Under the pieces are notes generated by a model. The model had not been told where the DNA came from. It did not search any database and worked only from the letters and a program-made list of their open reading frames with translations. A stretch of DNA of 64,000 nucleotides from an uncultured Planctomycetota bacterium (GTDB lineage Bacteria > Planctomycetota > Planctomycetia > Isosphaerales > Isosphaeraceae): the NCBI GenBank assembly GCA_963823665.1, contig CAWGMQ010000011.1, positions 160,001 through 224,000 on the forward strand. The letters run 5' to 3'. Each line of letters starts with the position of its first letter. Position 1 is the stretch's first letter. The translations under genes were made by a program, and so were the position numbers. Positions 1-10,622 of this stretch are shown here, piece after piece.

Positions 1-739
1 GCTGGATTGTCGGGCTGCCAGAGGCGAAGGTCGTCCAGATCATCGGCACGGCGCGGGGATCCGTGATCTGATAGACTTCGCGCTGAGCCTTGAGCCTGCG
101 GGCCTCAATCGTGCTTTCCAGTGCGGCGCGTAGTTTTTCCAGTCGCGGTCTCCACTCCTTATCGGCGCGCTTCTGTCGATCGGCTTCGAGTTTCTGGACG
201 GCCAGGTCGTCGGGCTTGACCCAGCGATCGTGGTTTTTCTTGTAGCCGAGGCGGACCCACGCGATATCGCGGGAGGGGTCGAGGCGGGTGACCACGTTGT
301 AGTGAGCCATGGCCTCATCCTTGAGCCCCTTTTCCAGGCACCAGGCAGCGAGTCGCAACTGGGCGTCCGCGTTCTTCTGGGGTGTGCGAACGCGGCGATC
401 AAGGTATTCGCGAAAGACGGCCTGGAGCTCGGGATCCTCGTGGATTTCCTTCTCGACCTGGTCGGGTTTGGCCCATTTGCCTTGGAAGGCGATCAGGCCG
501 AGGAGCGCTCGGGCAAGCGCGTTTGAGGGGTCGAGAGACGACGCGATGGAGAGGTGCTTGATTCGCTCGGCGGAGAGGCCGTGGGTTTCGCACCAGAGGG
601 CGAGCTTCACGTGCGCGGCGGCGTTCTTGCCGGCGTTGGCGGCGGCAGTCTGATAGGCAGCGCGATCGGCGGGTGTCGCCTCGGCGAGCTTGCCGTCGTC
701 GCCCAACATGAGGAAGCAGAGCAGAATTGCTTGGACCAT
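1..739 (-). CDS. Hint-array paralogue 7 (5' part only, runs off window); TPR/HEAT-like N-terminal scaffold
   Basis: Not in the ORF track because it has no stop in the window. Manual translation from ATG at 739 gives MVQAILLCFLMLGDDGKLAEATPADRAAYQTAAANAGKNAAAHVKLALWCETHG...DPRAVPMIWTTF, colinear with the other six copies; GGAG RBS upstream. Confidence 0.9.
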   Translation of the reverse strand, partial: MVQAILLCFLMLGDDGKLAEATPADRAAYQTAAANAGKNAAAHVKLALWCETHGLSAERIKHLSIASSLDPSNALARALLGLIAFQGKWAKPDQVEKEIHEDPELQAVFREYLDRRVRTPQKNADAQLRLAAWCLEKGLKDEAMAHYNVVTRLDPSRDIAWVRLGYKKNHDRWVKPDDLAVQKLEADRQKRADKEWRPRLEKLRAALESTIEARRLKAQREVYQITDPRAVPMIWTTFASGSPTIQ

Positions 740-803
740 GATTTTCTCCAAAGGCGGGGCGATACTCGCGATTCTGAATATTGCACGTTGGCAATGAGGA
801 CAA

Positions 804-2717
804 CTACTTCTGCGCTGGCGGCGCCTCCGTTCGCTGGCGGTCGAATGGCTCGGTAACCGGGAGGACGAAGCTGAAATCGTGCACCAGCAGACCGGAGGAG
901 CCTACCAGGAAGTCACGGGCCTGGGCGACGTCCAGGTTATACACCTTCTGGGATGGGCCCGGCTCGATCGATTCAACTTTCACGACGCCGCAGATCATGC
1001 GGAGCCGATCGCCGACGCTCAAGTCGCGTGCCATGGTCCAGCCTTTGCCGGCCTTCCAGAAGCGGTGAATGCCGGTGGCGACGATGGTTTCGCCGCCTGC
1101 GGAAATTCGCAGCGTATCGGCGGGGCCATTCACGTGCGTGGCGAGCACGGGCTGGAACGAGAGGGCACCGGTTCCGGTGTCCTGCGAGAGGACGCGGTCG
1201 CCGAGGGCGATCGCCTCGATCTTGCGTGGGCCGGCGAAGGTCTGGACCAAGGTTCCGGCTCCGAAGCAGGCGTTGTGGGGAACCAGGATCGGAAACCCGA
1301 CGAAATCGGTAAACGTGGGCTTGTTCTCGGCATATCGGTCATCGATGACGACGCCCTGCTGGTCTGCCCACCACGTTTGCCAGGCCTGGGGATCAGCACC
1401 AAAACTCTGGCCGGTGAGCGATCGCAGGAGCGGCAGCACAGTGTCGTCGGTCTGTCTGATTTGCGCGTTGACCTGCTCGATCGTTTCGACGTCGCTTTCC
1501 AGTTTCTGCTGCACGATCTGATCGCGGCGAACGCTTTCCTGGAAGAGCGCCGTGGCGACTTGCTGTTGTGCCAGTGCGTGAGCCCGGCCGGAGATCGTCA
1601 TCACGGCCGCAGCGCCGTTGCCGGACTGACCGGCGGCGGGTGTGGGAGTGACCAGCATCGCATTCCAGGCAATTGTTGCGGGTGGGACCAAGCCAACCTC
1701 CACGTCGGGGAAACGATAGAAGCGCCGGATGTCGAACCGTTCGCCGTCGACGAAGAGGGCGCCGATCGATCCAGGGCCGGATCCCGGCCTGATTTCGTAT
1801 TTGAATGGCCGATGAATGGCGGCTACGAGCCAGCCGATCACGTCGCGGGGGTCGCGGTTCGTCAGGGCTTTGGCGGCGCGCGAGCGGACATCGGCCGAGG
1901 GCCTCTCGACGGCGAGCACGGCCAGTCCGAACGATGCCGCGGGCCCTTCGATCTGGGAGAGCAGCTCGACGGCGACGAGCTGCATCTTTTCACTGCCGTG
2001 GCCGAAGATCTTCCAGATCATCGGCAGCGCGCGGGGATCGGTTACCTGGTAGAGCTCGCGCTCGGCTTTCAACCGGCGCGTCTCGACCGGGCTTTCCATG
2101 GCTTCGTGCAGCTTCTCGAGTCTCGTCTTCCACTCTTTATCGGCGTGCTTCTGGCGCTCAGCTTCGAGCTTCTGGGCCGCGAGAACCTCGGGCTTTGACC
2201 AGCGGTCGAGGTGCTTCTTGTAGCCAAGGCGAATCCAGGCGATGTCTCGCGACGGATCGAGGCGGGTGACCAGATGGTAGTGGGCCATGGCCTCGTCCTT
2301 GAGTCCGTTTTCGAGGCACCAGGCGGCCAGGCGCAACTGGGCGTCGACGTTTTTTGGAGGTGTGCGCACGCGGCGATCGAGGTACTCGCGGACGAGGGCC
2401 TGGAGCTTGGGGTCGGCGTGGATTTCCTTCGCGACCTCGTCGGGTTTGGCCCATTTGCCCTGGAAGGCCATCAGGCCCAAGAGGGCGCGGGCCAGCGCAT
2501 TTGAAGGGTCGAGAGACGACGCGATGGTCAGGTGCTTGATTCGCTCCGAGGAAAGGGTGTGGGTTTCGCACCAGAGGGCGAGCTTCACGTGCGCGGCGGC
2601 GTTCTTGCCGGCCTTGGCGGCGGCCGTTTCGTAGGCGGCGCGATCGCTTGCAGCTCGCTCGGGGGGTTTGCCGCCGTCGGTGAGGATGGCACAACAGAGC
2701 AGGATGGCGTGGAGCAT
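804..2717 (-). CDS. Hint-array paralogue 6: TPR/HEAT-like scaffold + variable segments + C-terminal Hint (PT-HINT-like) domain
   Basis: ORF 804..2732; start placed at MLHAILL (2717) by homology. Hint motifs HNA|CFGAGTLV, TIVATGIHRFW, VYNLDV, LLVHD (Hint 876..1268). Confidence 0.9.
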   Translation of the reverse strand: MLHAILLCCAILTDGGKPPERAASDRAAYETAAAKAGKNAAAHVKLALWCETHTLSSERIKHLTIASSLDPSNALARALLGLMAFQGKWAKPDEVAKEIHADPKLQALVREYLDRRVRTPPKNVDAQLRLAAWCLENGLKDEAMAHYHLVTRLDPSRDIAWIRLGYKKHLDRWSKPEVLAAQKLEAERQKHADKEWKTRLEKLHEAMESPVETRRLKAERELYQVTDPRALPMIWKIFGHGSEKMQLVAVELLSQIEGPAASFGLAVLAVERPSADVRSRAAKALTNRDPRDVIGWLVAAIHRPFKYEIRPGSGPGSIGALFVDGERFDIRRFYRFPDVEVGLVPPATIAWNAMLVTPTPAAGQSGNGAAAVMTISGRAHALAQQQVATALFQESVRRDQIVQQKLESDVETIEQVNAQIRQTDDTVLPLLRSLTGQSFGADPQAWQTWWADQQGVVIDDRYAENKPTFTDFVGFPILVPHNACFGAGTLVQTFAGPRKIEAIALGDRVLSQDTGTGALSFQPVLATHVNGPADTLRISAGGETIVATGIHRFWKAGKGWTMARDLSVGDRLRMICGVVKVESIEPGPSQKVYNLDVAQARDFLVGSSGLLVHDFSFVLPVTEPFDRQRTEAPPAQK

Positions 2718-2747
2718 GGTTTTCTCCGGCACAATAATGCGGCGAGT

Positions 2748-4676
2748 TTACTTGGAGCCAACTGCCGCCGTGCTTGTCAGGCGGTCAAACGGTTCAGAAA
2801 CCGGGAGTACGAAACCGTAGTCGTGTACGAGCAGGCCGGCGGAGCCGACCATGAAGTCGCGGTTCTGTGCGACATCGAGGTTATACACCTTCTGGGATGG
2901 GCCGGGCTCGATTGATTCAATTGTCACGACGCCGCCGATCATGCGGAGGCGATCGCCGGCGCTCAAGTCGCGGGCCATGGTCCAGCCTTTGCCGGCTTTC
3001 CAGAATCGGTGGATGCCGGTGGCGACGATCGTTTCGCGACCTGCGGAAATACGAAGCGTCTCCGTGGGTCCATTCACGTGGGTAGCAAGCACGGGCTGGA
3101 ACGAAAGGGCACCGGTCGTTGTGTCCTCCGAGAGGATGCGGTCGCCGATGGCGATCGACTCGATCGTGCGCGGGCCGGCGAGTGTCTGAACCAATGTCCC
3201 GGCGGCGAAACAGGAATGGTGCGGAACGACGTCCGGCAGCGAGACGAAATCGGTGAACGTGGGCTTGTTCTGGGCCTGGGCATACCGGTCATCAACGACG
3301 ACGCCGAGCTGGTCTGCCCACCAAGTTTTCCACGCCTGCGGGTCGGCGCCAAAATTCTGGCCGGTGAGCGAACCGAGCAGCGGGAGCACGCGGTCGTTGG
3401 TCTGGTTGATCTGGGCATTCACGTCCTCGACCATCGCGACGTCGCTTTCGAGTTTCTGCCGCACCACCTGGTCGCGAGCGAAGGCTTCTTGCAACATTAT
3501 GGCGCCGAGCTGCTGCCGCCCAATTGCATAGGCCCTGCCCGACAGCGTCATCATGGTCGACACCTGCGACGCGCTCGAACCGGCCTGCGTGGTGACGGGA
3601 GCCGGGTTCAAAATCGGCAGGTTCGCGAGAACCTGAACCGGTGGCATCAATTGAGCCTCCACCTCCGGGAAGCGATAGAATCGCCGGATGTCAAATCGTT
3701 CGCCGTCCACAAGAAGCGATCCGGTCGATCCGGGGCCGGCTCCGGGCTTGATTTCGTACTTGAACGGCCGATGGATGGCGCTCACGAGCCAGCCAATGAC
3801 GTCTCGGGGATCGCGGTTCGTGAGGGCTTTGGCGGCACGCGAGCGGACGTCGGCCGACGTCCGTTCGAGCGCTAGCACGGCCAGTCCGAACGACGCCGCT
3901 GGCCCTTCGACCTGGGAGAGGAGCTCGACGGCGACGAGCTGCATCTTTTCACTGCCGTTGCCGAAGGTTTTGAAGATCATTGGAAGCGCTCGGGGATCGG
4001 TCACCTTGTAGAGCTCACGCTCGGCCTTCAGCCGCCGTGTCTCGATCGAGCTTTCCATGCCGTCGCGCAGCTTCTCGAGCCGCGGCTTCCACTCCTTATC
4101 GGCTAGTTTCTGGCGATCGGCTTCAAGCTTCTGGGCCGCGAGAACCTCGGGCTTTGACCAGCGGTCATGGTGCTTCGTGAATCCGAGCCGAAGCCAGGCG
4201 ACATCCCGAGAAGGGTCGAGTTGCGTCACGACGTGGTAGTGCGCCATCGCCTCGTCCTTGAGTCCGTTTTCGAGGCACCAGGCGGCGAGTCGCAACTGGG
4301 CGTCGACGTTTTTTTGAGGTGTGTGCACGCGGCGATCGAGGTACTCGCGGTAGAGGGTGTCAAACTTCGGGTCGGCGTGGATTTCCTTCTCAACCTGGTC
4401 GGGTTTGGCCCATTTGCCCTGGAAGGCCACCAAGCCCAAGAGGGCGCGGGCAAGCGCATTTGAAGGGTCGAGAGACGACGCAATGGTCAGGTGCTTGATT
4501 CGCTCTGAGGAAAGGCCGTGGGTTTCGCACCAGAGAGCGAGCTTGACGTGCGCGGCGGGGTTTTTGCCGGCTTTGGCGGCGGCCGCGTCGTAGGCGGCTC
4601 GATCGGCGGTGGTCGCCTCGGCGGGTTTTCCGCCGTCACCCACCAACACAAGGCAGAGCAGGATTGCGTGGAGCAT
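2748..4676 (-). CDS. Hint-array paralogue 5
   Basis: 642 aa; HHS|CFAAGTLV ... TGIHRFW ... VYNLDV ... LLVHD (Hint 2820..3212). Confidence 0.9.
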   Translation of the reverse strand: MLHAILLCLVLVGDGGKPAEATTADRAAYDAAAAKAGKNPAAHVKLALWCETHGLSSERIKHLTIASSLDPSNALARALLGLVAFQGKWAKPDQVEKEIHADPKFDTLYREYLDRRVHTPQKNVDAQLRLAAWCLENGLKDEAMAHYHVVTQLDPSRDVAWLRLGFTKHHDRWSKPEVLAAQKLEADRQKLADKEWKPRLEKLRDGMESSIETRRLKAERELYKVTDPRALPMIFKTFGNGSEKMQLVAVELLSQVEGPAASFGLAVLALERTSADVRSRAAKALTNRDPRDVIGWLVSAIHRPFKYEIKPGAGPGSTGSLLVDGERFDIRRFYRFPEVEAQLMPPVQVLANLPILNPAPVTTQAGSSASQVSTMMTLSGRAYAIGRQQLGAIMLQEAFARDQVVRQKLESDVAMVEDVNAQINQTNDRVLPLLGSLTGQNFGADPQAWKTWWADQLGVVVDDRYAQAQNKPTFTDFVSLPDVVPHHSCFAAGTLVQTLAGPRTIESIAIGDRILSEDTTTGALSFQPVLATHVNGPTETLRISAGRETIVATGIHRFWKAGKGWTMARDLSAGDRLRMIGGVVTIESIEPGPSQKVYNLDVAQNRDFMVGSAGLLVHDYGFVLPVSEPFDRLTSTAAVGSK

Positions 4677-4733
4677 TTGTTTCTCAGTTCGGCGTCTGAG
4701 GGTGGCCGCGAAGGTGACACGTTGGCGATGAGA

Positions 4734-6707
4734 TCACTTGGACGCCGCCGGCGCCACGATCGTTTGGCGGTCGAACGGTTCGGGCACCGGTAAAACGAAG
4801 CTGAAGTCGTGGACCAGCAGGCCGGCCGCGCCGACCAGGTAGTCGCGGTTTTCCGCGACGGTCAAGTTATAGACCATTTGTGTCGGGCCGGGCTCGATCG
4901 ATTCGATCGTGGTGGTGCCACCGATCATTCGGAGGCGGTCGCCGGCTTTCAGGTCGCGGGCCATGGTCCAGCCTTTGCCGGCTTTCCAGAAGCGGTGGAT
5001 GCCGGTGGCGACGATGGTTTCGCCGGCCTGCGTGATTCGCAATGTGGCCGATGGACCATTCAGGTGGGTGGCCAGAACCGGCTGGAACGACAGAGCGCCG
5101 GTGGATGTCTGCTGGGACAGGATGCGGTCGCCCACGGTCACCGATTCAATCTTTCGAGGGCCGGTGAGCGTCTGGACCAACGTTCCGGCAGCGAAGCATG
5201 CGCCATGCGGCTGGTGGACCGGTCCCCCGAATACGAGCAGAAAGATGTGGCGGTGCGCCGCACTCGCGCCGATGTCGGGCGGGTTGACCGAATCGACGCG
5301 GGTTGGTTTGGCACTGGGATAACGATCGTCATCGACATAACCGAGCAGATCCGTCCACCAACGCCGCCATGCCTCGGGATCGGCGCCCAGACTCTGCCCG
5401 GTGAGCGTTTCAAGGATAGGGAGCACGCGGTCGTTCAGTTGATCGATCTGCGTGTTCAAGTCCTGTATCATTCTGATGTCGTCCTCGAGCTTCTGCTGCA
5501 CGGAGGCGTTCGCTTGAAGCAACTGTCGGGTCGCGGTGGCGGTCGACATCTCCGGTTCCGGTCTGGCGGTTGCATTGTAATAGGCAAAGGATGTTGCCGT
5601 GTGACCGGCGCCCAAATCCTTGATGAGGACGTGGCCACCAGCGGCGGTGACAGTCGTGAGCTCGAACGCGGGAGGCGCCATGCGCGGATCGAAGGTGGGA
5701 AACCGGTAGAAACGTTTCAGGTCGAACTGCTCGCCGTCGACCTCGAGCGAGCCAGTCGAGCCCGAGCCTGTTCCCTGGTTGATCTTGTACTTGTAGGGCT
5801 TGTGAACCATGTAGATCAGCCGGCCAATCACGTCGCGCGGGTCGCGCTCGAGGAGAGCCTGCGCGGCACGTTTGCGCACGTCCGGTGAAGGTGAATCGAG
5901 AGCAAGCAGTGCAATACCGCTTGAAGCGGTCGGCCCCTCGATCTGGCTGAACAGCTCGACCGCGACGAGCTGGATCGTCTCGCTGCCATTGCAGAAGGTC
6001 CTCCAGATCATCGGCACGGCGCGGGGATCGGTGATCTGATAGACTTCGCGCTGGGCCTTGAGCCTGCGGGTCTCAATCGTGCTCTCGAGCGCGCCTCGTA
6101 GTTTTTCCAGTCGCGGCCGCCACTCCTTATCGGCGCGCTTCTGTCGTTCGGCTTCGAGTTTCTGGGCAGCCAGGTCGTCGGGCTTGACCCAGCGGTCGTG
6201 GGTTTTCTTAAAGCCGAGGCGGACCCACGCGATATCGCGCGAGGGGTCGAGGCGGGTGACCACGTTGTAGTGAACCATGGCCTCGTCCTTGAGTCCGTTT
6301 TCGAGGCACCAGGTGGCGAGTCGCAACTGGGCGTCGACGTTCTTCTGGGGTGTACGAACGCGGCGATCAAGGTATTCCCGGATCAGTGCCTGGAGCTTGC
6401 GGTCGTCGTGGATTTGCTTTTCGACCTGATCCGCTTTGGCCCATTTGCCCTGGAAGGCCATCTGGCCCAGGAGGCCGCGGGCGAGGACGTTCGAGGGGTC
6501 GAGGGTCGATGCGATGGTCAGATGCTTGGCTCGCTCGGAGGAGAGACCGTGAGTTTCGCACCACAGGGCAAGCTTGACGTGCGCGGCGGCGTTCTTGCCG
6601 GCCTTGGCGGCGGAAGCCTCGTAGGCGGCTCGATCGCCGGCGCTTGAATCCGCGGGTTTGCCGCCGTCGGCGAGCAAGGCGACGCAGAGCAGGATGACAT
6701 GGACCAT
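4734..6707 (-). CDS. Hint-array paralogue 4
   Basis: ORF 4734..6722, start at MVHVILL (6707); HGA|CFAAGTLV ... LLVHD (Hint 4806..5198); longest pre-Hint linker. Confidence 0.9.
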   Translation of the reverse strand: MVHVILLCVALLADGGKPADSSAGDRAAYEASAAKAGKNAAAHVKLALWCETHGLSSERAKHLTIASTLDPSNVLARGLLGQMAFQGKWAKADQVEKQIHDDRKLQALIREYLDRRVRTPQKNVDAQLRLATWCLENGLKDEAMVHYNVVTRLDPSRDIAWVRLGFKKTHDRWVKPDDLAAQKLEAERQKRADKEWRPRLEKLRGALESTIETRRLKAQREVYQITDPRAVPMIWRTFCNGSETIQLVAVELFSQIEGPTASSGIALLALDSPSPDVRKRAAQALLERDPRDVIGRLIYMVHKPYKYKINQGTGSGSTGSLEVDGEQFDLKRFYRFPTFDPRMAPPAFELTTVTAAGGHVLIKDLGAGHTATSFAYYNATARPEPEMSTATATRQLLQANASVQQKLEDDIRMIQDLNTQIDQLNDRVLPILETLTGQSLGADPEAWRRWWTDLLGYVDDDRYPSAKPTRVDSVNPPDIGASAAHRHIFLLVFGGPVHQPHGACFAAGTLVQTLTGPRKIESVTVGDRILSQQTSTGALSFQPVLATHLNGPSATLRITQAGETIVATGIHRFWKAGKGWTMARDLKAGDRLRMIGGTTTIESIEPGPTQMVYNLTVAENRDYLVGAAGLLVHDFSFVLPVPEPFDRQTIVAPAASK

Positions 6708-6737
6708 GATTTTCTCCCGCACGCTTGCGCGGCGAGC

Positions 6738-8619
6738 TCATCTGGAAGCAATGGGTGCAGCGTTTGTGACGCGGTCAAACGGCTCGGAAACCGGTTGCAC
6801 GAAGCTGAAGTCGTGCACGAGCAGGCCGGCGCTGCCGACCAGGAAGTCGCGGTTCTCGGCGACCGTCAGGTTATAGACCTTCTGGGTCGGTCCGGGCTCG
6901 ATTGACTGAATGGATACGATTCCGCCAATCATGCGCAGGCGATCGCCGGATTTCAGGTCGCGGGCCATGGTCCAGCCGTTGCCGGCCTTCCAGAAGCGGT
7001 GGATGCCGGTGGCGACGATGGTTTCGCTGCCGAGCGCGATTCGCAGTGTTTGGGACGGGCCGTTCAGATGGGTGGCGAAAACGGGCTGGAACGACAGTGC
7101 GCCGGTTGAAGATTGCTGAGACAGGACGCGGTCGCCGGCGGCGATGGATTCGATCTTGCGCGGGCCTGTGACGGTTTGAACCAGGGTCCCGGCGGCGAAG
7201 CAGGCCGTGTGCGGAACGATCACCTCTGTGAAGAGGGGCTTATCCTCGGAATAGCGCGAGTCGTAGACATAGCCTAGCTGCTCGGTCCACCACTTCTTCC
7301 ACTGTTCGGGGTCGACGCCGAAGTTCTGGTTGGTGAGCGACTCGAGCAGGGGCAGGGTGCGCTCATTCGTCTGGGTGATCTCGGCGTTCCATTTCTCCAG
7401 GTCGCGAACGTCGTCTTCGATCCGACGCTGGGTCAGCTCCGCCACTTGCTGAGAGCGCACAGACGGTTCCGGAAAATAGGAGGTGCCCGGGAAGGCGCTC
7501 GTGAGCATTTGACCGGCGGATCTCGCAGAACCGGTATGTCCGACGTTTGCGCTGGCCTGCTGCATCCCGGATGTAAAATTCAGGACTGGAACGAGCCGCA
7601 AGTCGAGGGGAGGAGGTTCATAAAACCGCTCGAGGTCGAATCGTTCTCCATTAACCTTCAGCAAGGCAGGCGTGCCCGGACCTTGCTCCTGCGTTAGCTC
7701 GTATTGATACGGCTTGTGGATGACGGTGACCAACCAGCCTATGATGTTGCGCGGATCGCGGCGTGCCAGGGCGCGCCTCGCCTGGTCGCGGATCGCAGGC
7801 GACGGCCTCTTGATTGCCAGTGCGGCGATCCAGAACGATGCCGCCGGTCCTTCGATCTGCGAGAGCAGTTCAACGGCGACCACCTGACTTTGCTCGCTTC
7901 CATTTCCCAGGATCATGGCAATCAGCGGGACGGCGGGGGTCGTTCACTTGATAGACCTCTCGTTCCGCCTTCAGCCGCCGTGCCTCGATCTTGCTCTCGA
8001 GTCCGTCGCGCAGTTTCTCGAGACGCGACTTCCACTGTACGTCGGCGCGTTTCTGGCGGTCGGCTTCGAGCTTCTGCGCGGCCAGGTCTTCAGGCTTCTG
8101 CCAGCGATCCTTGTGCTTCTTGTAGCCGAGGCGTATCCAGGCAATGTCGCGGGCGGGGTCCAAGCGCGTCACCAGATAGTAGTGAGCCATCGCCTCTTCA
8201 TTGAGCCCGTGTTCGAGGCACCAATTCGCGAGCCGCAACTGGGCGTCAGCCTTGTTCCGGGGAGCCTGCACGCGGCGCTCGAGGTATTCCCGGAGCCGGG
8301 CCTGGAACTTGGGGTCGTTCTGGATGTCCTGCTCGACCTGGTTGGGTTTCGCCCATTTTCCCTGGAACGGCACCAGCCCCAGCAAGCCTCGCGCCTGAGT
8401 ATTCGGGGGGTCGAGAGCGACGGCGAGCGTCAGATGCTTGGCTCGCTCGGCCGTGAAGCCGTGCGCCTCGCACCAGAGCGCGAGCTGGACGTGCGCGGCG
8501 GCGTTCTTGCCGGCCTTTGCGGCGGCAGCCTCGTAGGCGGAACGATCGGCAGCGTTAGATTCGGCGGGCTTGCTGCCGCCGTCGAGCATGGCACAACAGA
8601 GCAGGATCGCGTGGAGCAT
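6738..8619 (-). CDS. Hint-array paralogue 3 (one frameshift at ~7935, probably a sequencing error)
   Basis: ORFs 7870..8619 and 6738..7916 join into a full copy; 2 nt are missing relative to copy 1 (cggcgggggtcg vs cggcgcgagggtcg). Hint 6810..7202. Confidence 0.85.
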
Positions 8620-8651
8620 GGTTTTCCTTCCGCACAGATAGCGCGGCGGGC

Positions 8652-10589
8652 TTACTTGGAAGCAATCGGCGCAGTGTTCGTCAGGCGGTCAAATGGTTCG
8701 GAAACCGGGAGCACGAAACCGTAGTCGTGTACCAGCAAGCCGGCGGAGCCGACCAAGAAGTCGCGGTTCTCAGCGACGTTCAATTTAAAGACCATTTGGG
8801 TGGCACCTGGCTCGATCGAGTCGATGATGGCGACACCGCCCAGCATGCGGAGGCGATCGCCGGCTTTCAGGTCGCGCGCCATGGTCCAGCCCTTGCCGGC
8901 CGTCCAGAAGCGGTGGATGCCGGTGGCGATGATGGTTTCGCCGGCGAGCGAGATCCGGAACGTTTCGGCGGGACCGTTCAAGTGTGTGGCCAGAACGGGC
9001 TGGAAGGAAAGCACGCCCAAGGTTGTGTGTTGCGAAAGGACGCGGTCGCCGACGGCGATCGATTCGATCTTTCGCGGGCCGCCCAACGTTTGGACCAAGG
9101 TTCCCGAAGCGAAACACGCATGATGCAAGAATACGTTCACATTAACGATGGGGAGTTGTACGGTCAGATCTGGTGCAGTCACGACTTCGGAAAAGGACAG
9201 CTTACCGTCGGAATCACTGTCGTAATTGACGTATCCGAGCTGGTCAGTCCACCAATTTCGCCACGCGTCGGGATTAATGCCGAGCTTCTGGCCGGTTCGC
9301 GATTCCAGGATCGGCAGCAATCGCGCATTGGATTCATCGATTCGCGCATTGACCTCGTCGATCGCGCGAGCGTCATCGTAAACAGCTCGCTGCATCTCGC
9401 CCACTTGCTGCAGGTTCGCGACCGTTGCTTGCGCGAGGATTGCGGATTGCCTCCGCAAGGAGGCAGCTTGGATCGCCGAGGCCTCGGCGATCATCTGGGT
9501 CGCCTGCTGCGGGGTGGCGTCGGGTTGGGGAACCATCAGCACGATGTGGCTCACGGGAACCAGGCGAACGTCGAGGTCCGGGAAACGATAGAGTCGTTGG
9601 AGATCGAACCGTTCTCCGTCGACAAAGAGCGTGCCGGTTGATCCGGGATTCGCTCCGGGCCTGACTTCGTACTTGAAGGGTTTGTGAAGCCGGTTTATCA
9701 TCCAGCCGATGACATCGCGAGGATCGCGGTGTGCGATCGCCTGGGCGGTTCGCGCGCGGATGGCGCTCGAGGGATTGTCGATCGCCATTAACGGCAGGCA
9801 GAACGATGCCCCAGGGCCCTCGATCTGGGTGAACAGCTCGACCGCGACGAGCTGCATCTTTTCGCTGCCGCTGGCAAACGTTCTCCACATCGCCGGCACA
9901 GCGTGAGGGTCGGTAATTTGGTAAAGTTCCTTCTCGGCCTTCAGCGGCCGTGTCGCGACCGAGCTTTCCAGGGCATCGCGCAGCTTCTCGAGCCGGGATT
10001 TCCGGTGCATATCAGCACGCTTCTGGCGATCGGCTTCGAGCTTCTGGGCAGCCAGGTCGTCGGGCTTGACCCAGCGGTCGCGGTGTTTCTTGTAGCCCAG
10101 GCGCAGCCAGGCGATATCCCGGGACGGGTCGAGCCCGGTCACCACGTGGTAGTGAGCCAGGGCCTCGTCCTTGAGCCCGTTTTCGAGGCACCAGGCAGCC
10201 AGCCGCAACTGGGCGTCAGCATTTTTCGAGGGAGTGCGCACCCGTCGCTCGAGGTACTCACGAAAGAGAGCAAGCAGCTTGGGATCGTCGTCCAGGTCGT
10301 GCTTGACCTGTTCGGGCTTGGCCCATTTTCCCTGGAAGGTGACCAGGCCCAGAAGGCCCCGGGCCAAGGCATTTGCCGGGTCGAGCGAGAGAGCCAGGTT
10401 GAGATGCTTCACTCGCTCGGACGTGAGTCGATGCGCTTCGCACCAGAGAGCGAGCTGCACTTGCGCGGGGGCGTTCTTGCCGGCCTTGGCGGCGGCGGTT
10501 TCGTAGGCGGCTCGATCGCTGGCGTTTGATTCGGCGGGCTTGCTGCCGCCGGCGAACAGGGCACAAGAGAGCAGGATTGCGTGGAGCAT
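8652..10589 (-). CDS. Hint-array paralogue 2
   Basis: 645 aa; HHA|CFASGTLV ... TGIHRFW ... VFKLNV ... LLVHD (Hint 8724..9116). Confidence 0.9.
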   Translation of the reverse strand: MLHAILLSCALFAGGSKPAESNASDRAAYETAAAKAGKNAPAQVQLALWCEAHRLTSERVKHLNLALSLDPANALARGLLGLVTFQGKWAKPEQVKHDLDDDPKLLALFREYLERRVRTPSKNADAQLRLAAWCLENGLKDEALAHYHVVTGLDPSRDIAWLRLGYKKHRDRWVKPDDLAAQKLEADRQKRADMHRKSRLEKLRDALESSVATRPLKAEKELYQITDPHAVPAMWRTFASGSEKMQLVAVELFTQIEGPGASFCLPLMAIDNPSSAIRARTAQAIAHRDPRDVIGWMINRLHKPFKYEVRPGANPGSTGTLFVDGERFDLQRLYRFPDLDVRLVPVSHIVLMVPQPDATPQQATQMIAEASAIQAASLRRQSAILAQATVANLQQVGEMQRAVYDDARAIDEVNARIDESNARLLPILESRTGQKLGINPDAWRNWWTDQLGYVNYDSDSDGKLSFSEVVTAPDLTVQLPIVNVNVFLHHACFASGTLVQTLGGPRKIESIAVGDRVLSQHTTLGVLSFQPVLATHLNGPAETFRISLAGETIIATGIHRFWTAGKGWTMARDLKAGDRLRMLGGVAIIDSIEPGATQMVFKLNVAENRDFLVGSAGLLVHDYGFVLPVSEPFDRLTNTAPIASK

Positions 10590-10622
10590 CGTTTTCCTCT
10601 CTCCCGCACGATGGCGACGAGG

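Noticed and set aside
7916..7940. Phase-variable G-tract switch in copy 3
   Set aside because: The run is only five G and the 2-nt loss resembles the many other indels in the window; more likely an error.
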